Positions 18,071 to 28,612 are shown, numbered from the stretch's first letter. The stretch is 64,000 nt of DNA from Nitrosopumilus sp. (GCA_965205675.1 OZ242186.1:96001-160000); one strand, 5' to 3'. Notes: generated from the sequence alone by a model not told the origin. Translations and numbers: made by a program.

Positions 18071-18781
18071 TTAAGCGTAATCAAGATTATCTTTAATCAT
18101 GGTTTGAATTTTTTCCCAGTTTTTATTTTCTTTATCGTTCCATTTTTCAAAATATACTACATCTTTCAATTCTAGTCTTGGTAACCACCCTTTAGTTTCA
18201 AGATCTGGTTTTTCTGCAAACTCATCAACGTATCCTAAACACAAGTAGGCTACAGGGATTACATGTTCTGGCAAATCTAAAGTTTCTTTCAAAGTTTCAT
18301 TTGATAGAATACTTACCCATCCTAAACCAACACCTTCTGTCCTAGCTGATAACCATAAATTTTGAATTGCACAACAAACACTGTAAAGACCTGCTTCAGG
18401 AATACTTGATCTTCCAATGACAAATGGTCCAAATTTTGTAGGATCATATGTTACACAAAGATTTACTGGTGATTCTAAAATACCTTCTAGCTTGAATGAA
18501 AGATATTTAGTTTTCTTTGGCTCCTCCACTAATTGTGATGAACGATTTTTTTCCTCCTCAAAAGATTCTTTTATTTTCTTTTTAGTATTTTGATCTTTAA
18601 TTAAAATAAAATTCCATGGTTGAGAAAATCCTACAGATGGTGCATGATGTGCCGCGTTAAGAATTTTTGATAAAACCTCATCTTCTATTGGCTTTGAGGT
18701 AAAGTGAGATCTTACATCCCTTCTTGAATAAATTGCCTTGTAGAAACCTCTTTTTTCTTCATCAGTAAAATCTTCTGTCAT
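18071..18781 (-). CDS. bluB: 5,6-dimethylbenzimidazole synthase (nitroreductase fold)
   Basis: RRDVRSHF, HHAPSVGFSQPWNF, CAIQNLWL.AR.EG.G.GWVS. Confidence 0.88.
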   Translation of the reverse strand: MTEDFTDEEKRGFYKAIYSRRDVRSHFTSKPIEDEVLSKILNAAHHAPSVGFSQPWNFILIKDQNTKKKIKESFEEEKNRSSQLVEEPKKTKYLSFKLEGILESPVNLCVTYDPTKFGPFVIGRSSIPEAGLYSVCCAIQNLWLSARTEGVGLGWVSILSNETLKETLDLPEHVIPVAYLCLGYVDEFAEKPDLETKGWLPRLELKDVVYFEKWNDKENKNWEKIQTMIKDNLDYA

Positions 18782-18850
18782 CTCTCTTCTACCTCAATTC
18801 TTTCTTTTGTTAAACGTTAATAATGTCAATTATTTGATTTATTTTTCAAT

Positions 18851-18924
18851 GGGCCTGTAGTCTAGCTGGTTAGGATACCGCCTCGACATGGCGGTGATCA
18901 TGAGTTCGAATCTCATTAGGCCCA
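18851..18924 (+). tRNA. tRNA-Val(GAC)
   Basis: Cloverleaf; anticodon arm CCGCC-TCGACAT-GGCGG; T-arm ATGAG-TTCGAAT-CTCAT; T-run follows. Confidence 0.95.
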
Positions 18925-18932
18925 CTTTTTAA

Positions 18933-19451
18933 TTAATAACCTGTCTTGAAGTCTTTCTCAGTTTCACTCCAAGAAGTTTGAGTGATTATTTTTCCTTCAG
19001 CAGAAAAACTTGTTAATCTTTCATTTATTGCATCTTCATAAACTTCTGAATTTATTTCAGATTTACTTAGAACAAATATATTTTTCAATGGAATTTCTGC
19101 ACCTGAAACAAACAATGCTCTACCAGGTAATGCTATGTCTGCTGTAGAATATAATCCAGGACCTAACAATTCACCATTACTAAATAGTTGAAAATCTATT
19201 TGTGAAACTGTTAATGTTTTATCACTTGGGTTTGTTACTAAAAATGTAACTTCAAACTTTGCTTGATTTTCTACCGTGTTTACATCTAATAGCTTCACGT
19301 TTGTTAGTTCGACCTCAATTAAAGCAAGTTCATCATTATCAAGACTAGCATAGAAAATAATTCCTCCCATTAATGCTAAAACCCCAACTATTGCTAGATA
19401 AACTATCAATTTACTTTGAAGTGCCATTTCAATGATTTCAGATTTGTACAA
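18933..19451 (-). CDS. Membrane-anchored LEA_2/WHy-like protein
   Basis: TM then 'FLVTNPSDKTLTVSQIDFQL'. Confidence 0.7.
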   Translation of the reverse strand: MYKSEIIEMALQSKLIVYLAIVGVLALMGGIIFYASLDNDELALIEVELTNVKLLDVNTVENQAKFEVTFLVTNPSDKTLTVSQIDFQLFSNGELLGPGLYSTADIALPGRALFVSGAEIPLKNIFVLSKSEINSEVYEDAINERLTSFSAEGKIITQTSWSETEKDFKTGY

Positions 19452-19508
19452 CTAAAAAAGGTTGGCAAGATCCAAATACATAATATTTGATTTAAAATAT
19501 CATAAACT

Positions 19509-20006
19509 ATGGCTGCTCTAGAACAGGCAATTATCACTTGGATTCATCTTGTTGCAGCTGCAATATGGGTTGGCGGCTCGTTATTCATTGGAATTGTATT
19601 TTCCCCACTTTTGAAAACCATGACAAATTCTATTGAAGAAAGAATGCAAATAATGATTCGTGTAGGTAGACGATTTAACAAAGTTGCTGTTCCATCATTG
19701 ATTATCTTAATGGTTACAGGTTTGTATACTTCACATGTCTTACTTAGTAAACCTGATCTTCTAGTATCAACTAGTTATGGGACATTTTTAATTATCAAAA
19801 TCATTCTTGTAATTGCGTTAATTGTTACATATGCTGTTCATGTTAGAGTAATTCGTAAAGATGTCGAAGAAAAAATTATGTCAAATCAAATGCCAGAACT
19901 TGAAATACAAAAATTAAGGAAAAAAATTATCATCCTTGGAGAGATTACTGTAGTTTTATCAATAGCTATCCTATTTTTTGCATCATTACTTGATGCTGGT
20001 GTTTGA
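19509..20006 (+). CDS. CopD-family copper resistance membrane protein
   Basis: WIHLVAAAIWVGG, TGLY, YG..L..K. Confidence 0.8.
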   Translation: MAALEQAIITWIHLVAAAIWVGGSLFIGIVFSPLLKTMTNSIEERMQIMIRVGRRFNKVAVPSLIILMVTGLYTSHVLLSKPDLLVSTSYGTFLIIKIILVIALIVTYAVHVRVIRKDVEEKIMSNQMPELEIQKLRKKIIILGEITVVLSIAILFFASLLDAGV

Positions 20007-21008
20007 TATTCCTTCAATAATTACATCAAAACCATAATTTGTCTTCCCAATTCCATACTTACAACCAGTAATTTTTGAAGTAACAAACAAGTTAGTTTCT
20101 AAATGGTTTGTAATTTCTTTCACTTGGAAAACTGTTTTTCCAGAACCTAAACTAGCAGGAACTATAAGCATGTCTGCCAAATTCTCATCAACAGAATAAC
20201 TTTGAATAAATTTCTCAAGATCTAAATCAAATTTTTGTGTTTTATTATTATACAAAGCATCAATTCCTATTATAGAATTTTCATCAATACTGTAAATTAA
20301 CAAGGATGCACCTGAATCAACTGCATTTTCTAACTTTATTTCTGTATCCACAATAAAATTCTCTTTGGTTAATTTTTTTACAATTTTATTTATGTCATTT
20401 TTAATTTCTTCTTCTGTTAATTTTGAAAAAGAACAAATTAATTTTATTTGTTTAGTTTTTCTCTTAGTAAATTGTACTGATTTTATATTAGATGGATTAA
20501 CTAATAATTTTATTTCTCCATTACCCTTAGGATAATAACCACGTTTAATTAATTCAAATGAAAATTTAATCCCCATTCTTGAATATGCTTCTTTTAGCAC
20601 ATGTTGAATATAATCAATAGTGGGACTCCAAAGCACATCTGTACCACCTTTAATTTTTAAATTAAGTTGTTTTTGTGAAATAGAAATTACTGGAATTAGA
20701 ACTTGTAAAATTAATGGAATACTTCCAGCCGTACCAACATCTTCAATTAAATTTAAATTTTTAATATCCCCTGGAATAAATTTTAATTCAGTTGACCCTA
20801 TTTCTGCTCCAATAATTTTAGCATTTGAAACTCTTTGAAGAATGTTAATCGCCGTAAGATGTTGTGGTCTTAACCCTGGAATTTTTCTATTCTTTCTTAT
20901 ATTTTCTAAATGAATAGATTGTTTGGTAATACATGAAAGTGTAATTGCTGAACGAATGATCTGACCTCCACCTTCACCATATCCTCCATTAATTTTTAGA
21001 AAATTCAT
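19986..21008 (-). CDS. rtcA: RNA 3'-terminal phosphate cyclase
   Basis: GEGGGQIIR, PGLRPQH, GGTDV, RGYYPKG.G, HLETN; start moved to MNFLKI. Confidence 0.93.
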   Translation of the reverse strand: MNFLKINGGYGEGGGQIIRSAITLSCITKQSIHLENIRKNRKIPGLRPQHLTAINILQRVSNAKIIGAEIGSTELKFIPGDIKNLNLIEDVGTAGSIPLILQVLIPVISISQKQLNLKIKGGTDVLWSPTIDYIQHVLKEAYSRMGIKFSFELIKRGYYPKGNGEIKLLVNPSNIKSVQFTKRKTKQIKLICSFSKLTEEEIKNDINKIVKKLTKENFIVDTEIKLENAVDSGASLLIYSIDENSIIGIDALYNNKTQKFDLDLEKFIQSYSVDENLADMLIVPASLGSGKTVFQVKEITNHLETNLFVTSKITGCKYGIGKTNYGFDVIIEGISNTSIK

Positions 21009-21070
21009 GATTCTTTTCCCAGACTTACTCTTTATGATAGTTTTTTTAAAAGGAATTTTCTCTAGTTTGT

Positions 21071-21565
21071 ATGAATGGTTTATTGATAGGACGATTCCAA
21101 CCTTTTCATTTAGGTCATCTTGAAGCATTACAGTTTGCACTATCCAAAGTTGATAAATTGTGGGTAGGCCTAGGCAGTTCTAACAAGCCTATAGAAAAAA
21201 ACAATCCGTTTACAGCCGAACAACGAAAAGAAATGATGATGTCATCTATTGGCATTTCAATGAAAGAAAAAATTTCAATTTATTTTATTCCTGATTTGGA
21301 TAATCATATCAAATGGATAGAAAAAATAGATACCATTGTACCAGACTTTGATATTATTTTTTCAAATGATAACTTGACAAAACATCTGTATTCACAAAGA
21401 AATACTCAAGTTCTTTCAATTCCATTTCTTAATAGACAGTTTTTATCGGGAACAAATATTCGAAATCTAATAATTAGCGATCAAAAATGGGATGATCTTG
21501 TACCTGATGGTACTAAAAATTTTTTACAAAATACTAGTGTTAAAGAACAGTTGAAAAATCTCTAA
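21071..21565 (+). CDS. nadM: Nicotinamide-nucleotide adenylyltransferase
   Basis: GRFQPFHLGH, NPFTAEQR, SGTNIR. Confidence 0.92.
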   Translation: MNGLLIGRFQPFHLGHLEALQFALSKVDKLWVGLGSSNKPIEKNNPFTAEQRKEMMMSSIGISMKEKISIYFIPDLDNHIKWIEKIDTIVPDFDIIFSNDNLTKHLYSQRNTQVLSIPFLNRQFLSGTNIRNLIISDQKWDDLVPDGTKNFLQNTSVKEQLKNL

Positions 21566-21604
21566 TTATAAATAAACCCCAAACATACTGTTGATAGATA
21601 ACAC

Positions 21605-22750
21605 ATGGAATATCTTTCAATGCTTCCTGGTCCAACAAACGTACCTAATAGAGTAATGAGAGCAATGTTAGCACCTATAATTAATCATAGAAGTGATGAT
21701 TTTGTTGAATTATACACTGATGTAGTTGATAAAACTCAACAAGTATTTCAAACACAAAATGATATTGTAGCATTATCTGCGTCTGGAACAGGTGCAGTTG
21801 AAGCAGGAGTAGTTAATGTAGTAAAGAAAGGCGATAAAGTAATTATTCCAGTTAACGGAGAATTTAGTAAACGATTATCACAATTAATTGAAGGTCAAGG
21901 TGGTAATGTTGTAAAACTTGAAACCTCTCCTGGAGAAAATGCAACTTTTGATCAAATTAAAGAAGCATTTGATAACAATAAAGACGTTAAAGCATTCTAT
22001 GTTGTTCACAATGAAACTTCAACAGGAACAATGGTAAATTATCTTGATAAAGTATCTGACTTGACTTCAAGAAATGATGCATTCTATATTGTAGATTCTG
22101 TTTCATTACTTGGAGGTGCTCAACTTCCAGTTGATAAATGGAATATTGATGTATGTATGACTGGTGCACAAAAAGCAATCGCTGCTCCACCAGGAATTTC
22201 ACCAATATCTGTTAGTGCTAAAGCCAAAAAATACATGATTGAAAATCCTCCAGCAACACACTACTTCAATTTAGCAAGATATTTTAAATATTATGATGAG
22301 GAAAAACATACTCCTTTTACACCTGCACTCCCATTACTTTATGCATATCGAGAAGCATTATCTGTAATGTTAGAAGAAGGATTACAAAATGTCTTTAAAC
22401 GCCATAAAGTTTGTTCAGATTCATTATACGCTGGATTAAGTGCAATGGGTCTTTCTCCATTTGCAAAAGAAGAAGATCGTTCAATCTCAATTGTTGCATT
22501 AAATTATTTGGATGGACTTGAAGATAAGACTTTCAGAAGTACATTAGCTGATAAATTCAAAGTATTAGTTGCTGGCGGCTTTGGTAATCTTAAAGGCAAA
22601 GTATTCAGAGTTGGATGCATGGGAGAAGTTAGTCCATATCATGTTATGAGAACTATCTCCGCAATTTCCGCTACACTGTCAATGATGGGATATGATGTTG
22701 ATGCTCAAGCAGGACTTAAAACTGCAGAAGAAAAACTAAAAGCTCTATAA
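21605..22750 (+). CDS. Class V aminotransferase (serine-pyruvate/alanine-glyoxylate type)
   Basis: PGPT, VHNETSTG, DSVS, GAQKAIAAPPG. Confidence 0.92.
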   Translation: MEYLSMLPGPTNVPNRVMRAMLAPIINHRSDDFVELYTDVVDKTQQVFQTQNDIVALSASGTGAVEAGVVNVVKKGDKVIIPVNGEFSKRLSQLIEGQGGNVVKLETSPGENATFDQIKEAFDNNKDVKAFYVVHNETSTGTMVNYLDKVSDLTSRNDAFYIVDSVSLLGGAQLPVDKWNIDVCMTGAQKAIAAPPGISPISVSAKAKKYMIENPPATHYFNLARYFKYYDEEKHTPFTPALPLLYAYREALSVMLEEGLQNVFKRHKVCSDSLYAGLSAMGLSPFAKEEDRSISIVALNYLDGLEDKTFRSTLADKFKVLVAGGFGNLKGKVFRVGCMGEVSPYHVMRTISAISATLSMMGYDVDAQAGLKTAEEKLKAL

Positions 22751-22791
22751 ATCCTGTTAACTTAATATTAGGAAATTCGAGATCGATCACA

Positions 22792-23481
22792 TTGACTTTC
22801 GATAAAGGCTCTTTAATTTTAGTTGATTACACTGCAAAGGTAAAAGATACTGAAGAGGTTTTTGATACAACTATTGAAGAAGATGCAAAAAAACATTCTA
22901 TTCATGAACAAAATTTCAAGTATCAACCAAAACTAGTTTCTCTTGGCGAAGTTTCTTATCCTGTTCTAAAAGGACTTGATGAAGCACTTGCAAAAACAAA
23001 TGTTAATGACAAACTTACAATTGAAGTAACACCAGACAAAGGCTTTGGTGAAAGAGATTCTGGAAAAGTTAGAATGATTCCTATTAGAAAATTAGGAGAA
23101 GATGCAGAAAAAGTTTCCGTAGGCGACTCGATCGAAGTTGACAATAAAAGAGGAATTATTCGTTATATTGGATCTGGCAGAGTCCAAATAGATTATAATC
23201 ATAGATATGCAGGTAAAACAATTCTATTTGATGTTAATGTCATCAAATCACTAGATACTCCAAGTGATAAAGTTGATAGTATTCTTAAAAACAGATTACC
23301 TGTAGAAAATACAAAAATTTCATTTGATCTAAAGGATAAAGAAGTAAGCATTGTAATTCCTGAGGAAATTTTACGTACTGATGGATTACAAATTATGAAA
23401 CACTTTATCCAACTAGATATTTTCAAATTTATTCCAAGTCTAGAAAAAATTAACTTTGTTGAAACACACGTAAATAAATAA
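22792..23481 (+). CDS. FKBP-type (SlyD-like) PPIase
   Basis: VDYT...FDTT, KGLDEAL, DYNHRYAGK. Confidence 0.9.
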   Translation: MTFDKGSLILVDYTAKVKDTEEVFDTTIEEDAKKHSIHEQNFKYQPKLVSLGEVSYPVLKGLDEALAKTNVNDKLTIEVTPDKGFGERDSGKVRMIPIRKLGEDAEKVSVGDSIEVDNKRGIIRYIGSGRVQIDYNHRYAGKTILFDVNVIKSLDTPSDKVDSILKNRLPVENTKISFDLKDKEVSIVIPEEILRTDGLQIMKHFIQLDIFKFIPSLEKINFVETHVNK

Positions 23482-23534
23482 ACTCAGGAAAAGAAACCTA
23501 ATACCAAAGAAGAAATCCCTGAACAAAAATCTAC

Positions 23535-24578
23535 TTAAATTATTCCAGTACTCTTTGCTAAATTTAGTGCAACTTTCTCTGTCATCTTAATTTCTTTTAG
23601 AATTGTATATCTTTCTGGTCTAAGATCTTGCGCAATCATTAGAGCTTTTACTATCATTTCTGGTTTTAGCCCTATTTGTTTTGCAGATGTAGGAGCTCCA
23701 ACATCTTTTAATGTCTTTACAATTTTTTTCCAATCTTGTTTTTGCAATTTTGCTATCATGATAGAACCTAAACCACATTTTTCTCCATGAAGTCCAATTT
23801 CAGGAGCAAGTTTGTCAAGTGCATGTGAAACAAGATGTTCTGCACCAGAACATGGTCTACTACTTCCAGCAATACACGATGCAACACCCGCACTGATTAA
23901 TCCTTCAACGATTACTCTAGCATCCAATCCCTTTTTAGCAAATTCAGAAGAATTTTCCATGACGATTTTAGCACTCATCAGAGCCAAATCTGCTGCGTAT
24001 CTACCATAGTATTCTTTTTTCTTTTTGTGACCTAATTGCCAATCTTTTACCGCTATAATATTAGCAATAAGATCTCCACAACCACTTGCTAGTAATTTTG
24101 ACGGCGCTTTTTTAATAATATCAATATCTACAAATACACCCATAGGAGCAGTTGCTACTATAGAATGAGGTTTATCACTCTTAACTGATACAAAAGGACT
24201 AGCCATCCCATCATGTGATGCAGCAGTTGGTAAACTAACAAATAGTTTTCCCAAATTATACGAAATCAATTTTGCTGTATCTACAGAACGACCTCCTCCA
24301 ATACCTACAATCAAATCTGAATTATCTTTTTCAACATTTTTTTGAATTTGATTTAATGATTCTATTTGATTATCAATTGAGGTATGCCAAATGAATTGAA
24401 TTTTTTTTATTTTTAATGATTTTTCAATTTTTTTCTTTAATATTTTTTGAACATTTATTCCAGCAATCAAAGATACTTTTTTTGGTTTATTTAACGACTT
24501 GAGAAATTTCCCAAAATCATTAATGTTTTTCTCCCCAATTTCAATGAGCCTGGGTAATTCCATTCTGTGTGATTGCAT
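23535..24578 (-). CDS. egsA: sn-glycerol-1-phosphate dehydrogenase
   Basis: GIGGGRSVDTAK, PTAASHDG, SRPCSGAEH, LHGEKCG. Confidence 0.95.
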   Translation of the reverse strand: MQSHRMELPRLIEIGEKNINDFGKFLKSLNKPKKVSLIAGINVQKILKKKIEKSLKIKKIQFIWHTSIDNQIESLNQIQKNVEKDNSDLIVGIGGGRSVDTAKLISYNLGKLFVSLPTAASHDGMASPFVSVKSDKPHSIVATAPMGVFVDIDIIKKAPSKLLASGCGDLIANIIAVKDWQLGHKKKKEYYGRYAADLALMSAKIVMENSSEFAKKGLDARVIVEGLISAGVASCIAGSSRPCSGAEHLVSHALDKLAPEIGLHGEKCGLGSIMIAKLQKQDWKKIVKTLKDVGAPTSAKQIGLKPEMIVKALMIAQDLRPERYTILKEIKMTEKVALNLAKSTGII

Positions 24579-24674
24579 GCGATCTTGATTTCTTATCATT
24601 ATTTATGATTTCAAGAGATCAAAAAGTTATTTAAAAGGGTGAGATATCATTCACTTTATCTTAATAGGTGTATT

Positions 24675-25307
24675 TTGTCAAATAACGTTGAAGAAAAAAT
24701 TCTGCATGGGACTACCACAGTAGGTATCAAGGCCAAAGACGGCGTCGTATTATGCGCTGATATGAGAGCCAGTGCAGGCTATTTTATTGCAAATAACAAT
24801 ACTATGAAAATACAACAAATTGATCTACATGCAGGATTAACTTTGGCAGGTGGTGTTGCAGACGCTCAAAACATTGTTGATATTTTACGTTATCATTCTA
24901 ATCTTCATAGAGTTGAAAAACAAGGTTCAATCTCTATTCATTCACTTGCAAGACTTTGTTCTTTGATATTTCATCAAAACAGAGGTTATCCGTTTATGGC
25001 TGATATCCTACTTGGTGGATATGATGCAACTGGTCCTTCATTGTTTAATGTAGATATGTTTGGTTCAGTTGAAGAGAAATCGTATGTTACTACTGGTAGC
25101 GGTTCTCCAGTAGCTTATGGTTTACTTGAAGAAGAATATAGAGCAGATCTTACAATTGAAGAAGCAAAACAAGTAGCTCTACGAGCTGTAAAAGCCGCAA
25201 TCGTTAGAAATATTGGTACAGGTGATGGAATCAATGTTGCCATTATGGACAAAGACGGTTTCCGTCTATTAGCCGATGAGCAAAAGAAAGCCGTCATCGA
25301 ACTTTAG
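24675..25307 (+). CDS. psmB: Proteasome beta subunit
   Basis: HG/TTTVG autocleavage site, GSGS. Confidence 0.95.
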   Translation: MSNNVEEKILHGTTTVGIKAKDGVVLCADMRASAGYFIANNNTMKIQQIDLHAGLTLAGGVADAQNIVDILRYHSNLHRVEKQGSISIHSLARLCSLIFHQNRGYPFMADILLGGYDATGPSLFNVDMFGSVEEKSYVTTGSGSPVAYGLLEEEYRADLTIEEAKQVALRAVKAAIVRNIGTGDGINVAIMDKDGFRLLADEQKKAVIEL

Positions 25308-25314
25308 TGATTTA

Positions 25315-27255
25315 ATGCAAAAAAAATATCAAGAAAAAGAATTACCTCCTACTAGCCAGAATATAATGGCCACCATACTGCAAAGTATACCCAAAGAAGC
25401 AAGTGTTACAAAAATAGAATATGAAGGACCTAGAATTGCTCTTTATACAAACTCTCCACGTTATTTGATGGAAAATAATGATACTATTTCAAATCTTGTT
25501 AACATAATCAAAAAAAGAATTGTTGTGAGAACGGATGAATCAATTCGTAAATCTGAAGATGAAGCTAGAAAAATTTTGGCAGATTGTGTTCCAAAAGAAG
25601 CTAATCTACAAGGAACTATTTTTGACACTGCAACAGGTGAAGTATCAGTTGAAGCAAAGAGACCATGGCTGTTACAACGAAATGCCAAAGAATTCAACCA
25701 TGCTGAAATAACTGAGCAGATTGGCTGGAGACTGCGTATTAGAAAAGCCACTACTATCCCTTCACGTACAATTCAAACAATTAACGCAACTCTGAAACAA
25801 GCTTCCCTTGAGAGAAGTAAACAGCTTAAGCAAGTAGGTGATGAAATTTTCAGACCTCGTTTATCTCAAAGAACTGAAGTTTCTCTTTATACTCTTGGAG
25901 GATTTGGTCAGGTAGGGCGTTCTTCATTACTATTATCCACTCCTGAAAGCAAAATCTTAATTGATTGTGGAATTAATCCCGGTGCACGTTCTCCAATGGA
26001 TGCGTTTCCAAGACTAGACTCTCTAAACATTACTCTGGATGAACTTGATGCCATAGTTATAGGACATGCCCATTTAGATCATACTGGATTTTTACCAACA
26101 CTTTGCAAGTATGGATACAAAGGCCCGATCTATTGTACTGAACCTACATTACCAATGATGAATCTCATTCAATTAGATGCAATCAAGGTAGCTTCTGCTC
26201 AGGGTAGAACTCCTATCTATTCAGAACGAGATGTAAAACAAATTATGAGACAAACAATTACTTTACCGTATGGAACAGTAACTGACATTTCCCCTGACAT
26301 CAAACTGGTTCTTGCAAATGCAGGTCACATTTTAGGTTCTGCATTATGTCACTTTCATATTGGAAACGGTGATCATAACTTTGTTTATTCTGGTGATATT
26401 AAATTTGGAAAAAGTATTTTGTTTGAAGCTGCTAGTTGGAATTTCCCAAGGGTAGAAACATTATTGATAGAAAGTACGTATGGTCTTAAAGAAGATATTC
26501 AACCAACTAGACAAGAAGTAGAATCTTCTTTCATTAATGCAGTAAACAACACTCTAGCAGATGGTGGCAAAGTTTTGATTCCAATTCCTGCAGTTGGACG
26601 TGCACAAGAAATTATGATGGTAATTGATCATTACATGAAATCAGGTGAAATGATTGAAGCACCTGTATTTACAGAAGGAATGATATCAGAAGCATCAGCA
26701 ATACACGAATCATATCCCGAATACCTTGCACGAGAACTCAAACAAAAGATTCTAGAAACTGACGATAATCCATTTGATTCTGAATACTTTACTAACATTG
26801 AGCACGCAGATGCTAGAGAAGAACCTATGAGAGATGATTCCCCCTGTATTATTCTGGCAACATCAGGTATGTTAGAAGGTGGACCTGTTTTAGAATATTT
26901 TAAAAATATTGCACCTAACAAAAAGAACAAAGTATTGTTTGTTTCTTATCAGGTAAATGGAACTTTGGGAAGAAGAGTTCTTGATGGCTCTAAACAAGCA
27001 ACCATGTTAGGTAAGGAAGGAAAGGTTGAAGTTGTTTCAATTAACTGTGGTGTAGAAAAACTAGATGGTTTCAGTGGACATAGTGACTACAATCAATTAA
27101 TGTCATTTGTACAAAGATTGAGACCAAAACTTCGCCGTGTACTAGTTAATCACGGAGAACGTAAAAAATCAGAAAATCTCGCAATGAATATTAGACGAAT
27201 GTATAAGGTTTCTGCACACTATCCACAAGTTCAAGAAGCGATAAAATTATTTTAG
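25315..27255 (+). CDS. beta-CASP ribonuclease aCPSF1 (FttA)
   Basis: KH domains, HAHLDH, AGHILG, FSGHSD, NHGE; psmB linkage. Confidence 0.95.
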   Translation: MQKKYQEKELPPTSQNIMATILQSIPKEASVTKIEYEGPRIALYTNSPRYLMENNDTISNLVNIIKKRIVVRTDESIRKSEDEARKILADCVPKEANLQGTIFDTATGEVSVEAKRPWLLQRNAKEFNHAEITEQIGWRLRIRKATTIPSRTIQTINATLKQASLERSKQLKQVGDEIFRPRLSQRTEVSLYTLGGFGQVGRSSLLLSTPESKILIDCGINPGARSPMDAFPRLDSLNITLDELDAIVIGHAHLDHTGFLPTLCKYGYKGPIYCTEPTLPMMNLIQLDAIKVASAQGRTPIYSERDVKQIMRQTITLPYGTVTDISPDIKLVLANAGHILGSALCHFHIGNGDHNFVYSGDIKFGKSILFEAASWNFPRVETLLIESTYGLKEDIQPTRQEVESSFINAVNNTLADGGKVLIPIPAVGRAQEIMMVIDHYMKSGEMIEAPVFTEGMISEASAIHESYPEYLARELKQKILETDDNPFDSEYFTNIEHADAREEPMRDDSPCIILATSGMLEGGPVLEYFKNIAPNKKNKVLFVSYQVNGTLGRRVLDGSKQATMLGKEGKVEVVSINCGVEKLDGFSGHSDYNQLMSFVQRLRPKLRRVLVNHGERKKSENLAMNIRRMYKVSAHYPQVQEAIKLF

Positions 27256-27525
27256 ATCGTATTCAGGTTTCCAAATCTTTATGCTAGATGGAGCAATTAT
27301 GATTCTCTCTTCACCCAATCTTGCAATTTCCGCATCAGCTACTTTTGCAATCGAATACAATTCTTCAACTACCTTACGAAGTTGTTCTACATCTTTTTGT
27401 GCCAATGGTGTAACTCTTAGAATCAAAATCATGTCCTTCTTGATATCATCTTTGATAGAGTGAACATCACTGATGTCTCTAATTGTTATAGCCTTTAGAT
27501 ATGTGGGATTTTCTTGTTTTTGCAT
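27247..27525 (-). CDS. sepF: SepF-family protein
   Basis: IKDDIK..MILILRVTPL...LRKVVEEL...IARLGEERII.AP. Confidence 0.75.
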   Translation of the reverse strand: MQKQENPTYLKAITIRDISDVHSIKDDIKKDMILILRVTPLAQKDVEQLRKVVEELYSIAKVADAEIARLGEERIIIAPSSIKIWKPEYDLK

Positions 27526-27598
27526 CCTTGTTGAAAATAATATCTACTTCCTCAAAAACTCTTCCTTAGTTATAACTAATTTTTAAAAAATTTCACGC

Positions 27599-28612
27599 CT
27601 ACATTCTAAATTTAGTGTAAGATTGCTCTTCTGCACATTTTGTATTAACTTCGTCAGTTGAATCTCCATTTTTCACAGAAACAATATTGTATTCGGTTTT
27701 TGGTGCATCTGAATATCTTAGAGTTACAGTGGATGCAAACTCTACATGTAATTTTGCATTAGTGCCACGTAAAATTGAAACTGGTCCTACGTAATCTTTA
27801 GCCTCAAGCAAAATATCTCCAGGTAACGCTAATGCTTTAATCATTTCATTTTCATCTTTGTTTCTTCCAACAACAAATTTTGTTTTTTCATCTAATCTAA
27901 AATGTCTTCCAATTTTTAATAAATCAATTTCATTTGTTGTTGGAGTTTCAATATGATCAAATAAATCTTTAGCCTTGATTCCGAATTGTGGTTCTGTTAG
28001 CAAACAACCACCTCCCGCATTCGGAGGATTTTCAATTCCATATTCTTTAGCCATCTTCATTTGAATTTTCCTTTGTCTTCCTTTAATCATCCCGAGATTC
28101 TCCCTCTTGATCAAACCATCTTTTTCAGCATCTGATGGAGATAATAGTCCAGCTGATAATGGTCTAACAATTTTTCCCTTCAAATTTGATTCATTTTCAA
28201 TAATATGTAATGATGATGCATGTTGACTCATTGGACGTTGGCCTAACACTTCACCTGATATGATAAATTCTGCACCAATTTCTTCCATATGTTTTTTTGC
28301 TGCATCAAACATCATTGTTCTACAATCTACACATGGATTAAATCCAGCACCGATTCCATGTTTTGGATGTTTTAACATTTCAATGTATTCATCTCCAAGA
28401 TAAACTGTTTTTAAATTAACATTAAGATCATCTGCTCTTTCTCTAATTTCAAAACCACATCCTCTTCCACAATCAAAATCACAAAATGGTGTTTTAATTG
28501 CAACAGCTGATACATCAAATCCCTGTTCTTGCATCATTCTTACTGCAAGTTGACTATCTAATCCTCCAGATAATAATGCAACAACCTTCTTCTTTTCCTT
28601 CTCTTCTGCCAC
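27599..28612 (-). CDS. PP-loop tRNA thiouridylase-like protein (ThiI/MnmA-like)
   Basis: SGGLDS, NPCVDCR, GEVLGQRPMSQ, GGCLLT. Confidence 0.85.
   Translation of the reverse strand: MAEEKEKKKVVALLSGGLDSQLAVRMMQEQGFDVSAVAIKTPFCDFDCGRGCGFEIRERADDLNVNLKTVYLGDEYIEMLKHPKHGIGAGFNPCVDCRTMMFDAAKKHMEEIGAEFIISGEVLGQRPMSQHASSLHIIENESNLKGKIVRPLSAGLLSPSDAEKDGLIKRENLGMIKGRQRKIQMKMAKEYGIENPPNAGGGCLLTEPQFGIKAKDLFDHIETPTTNEIDLLKIGRHFRLDEKTKFVVGRNKDENEMIKALALPGDILLEAKDYVGPVSILRGTNAKLHVEFASTVTLRYSDAPKTEYNIVSVKNGDSTDEVNTKCAEEQSYTKFRM

Noticed and set aside
27247-27525. SepF as a novelty
   Set aside because: SepF/FtsZ homologs are already known in this lineage.
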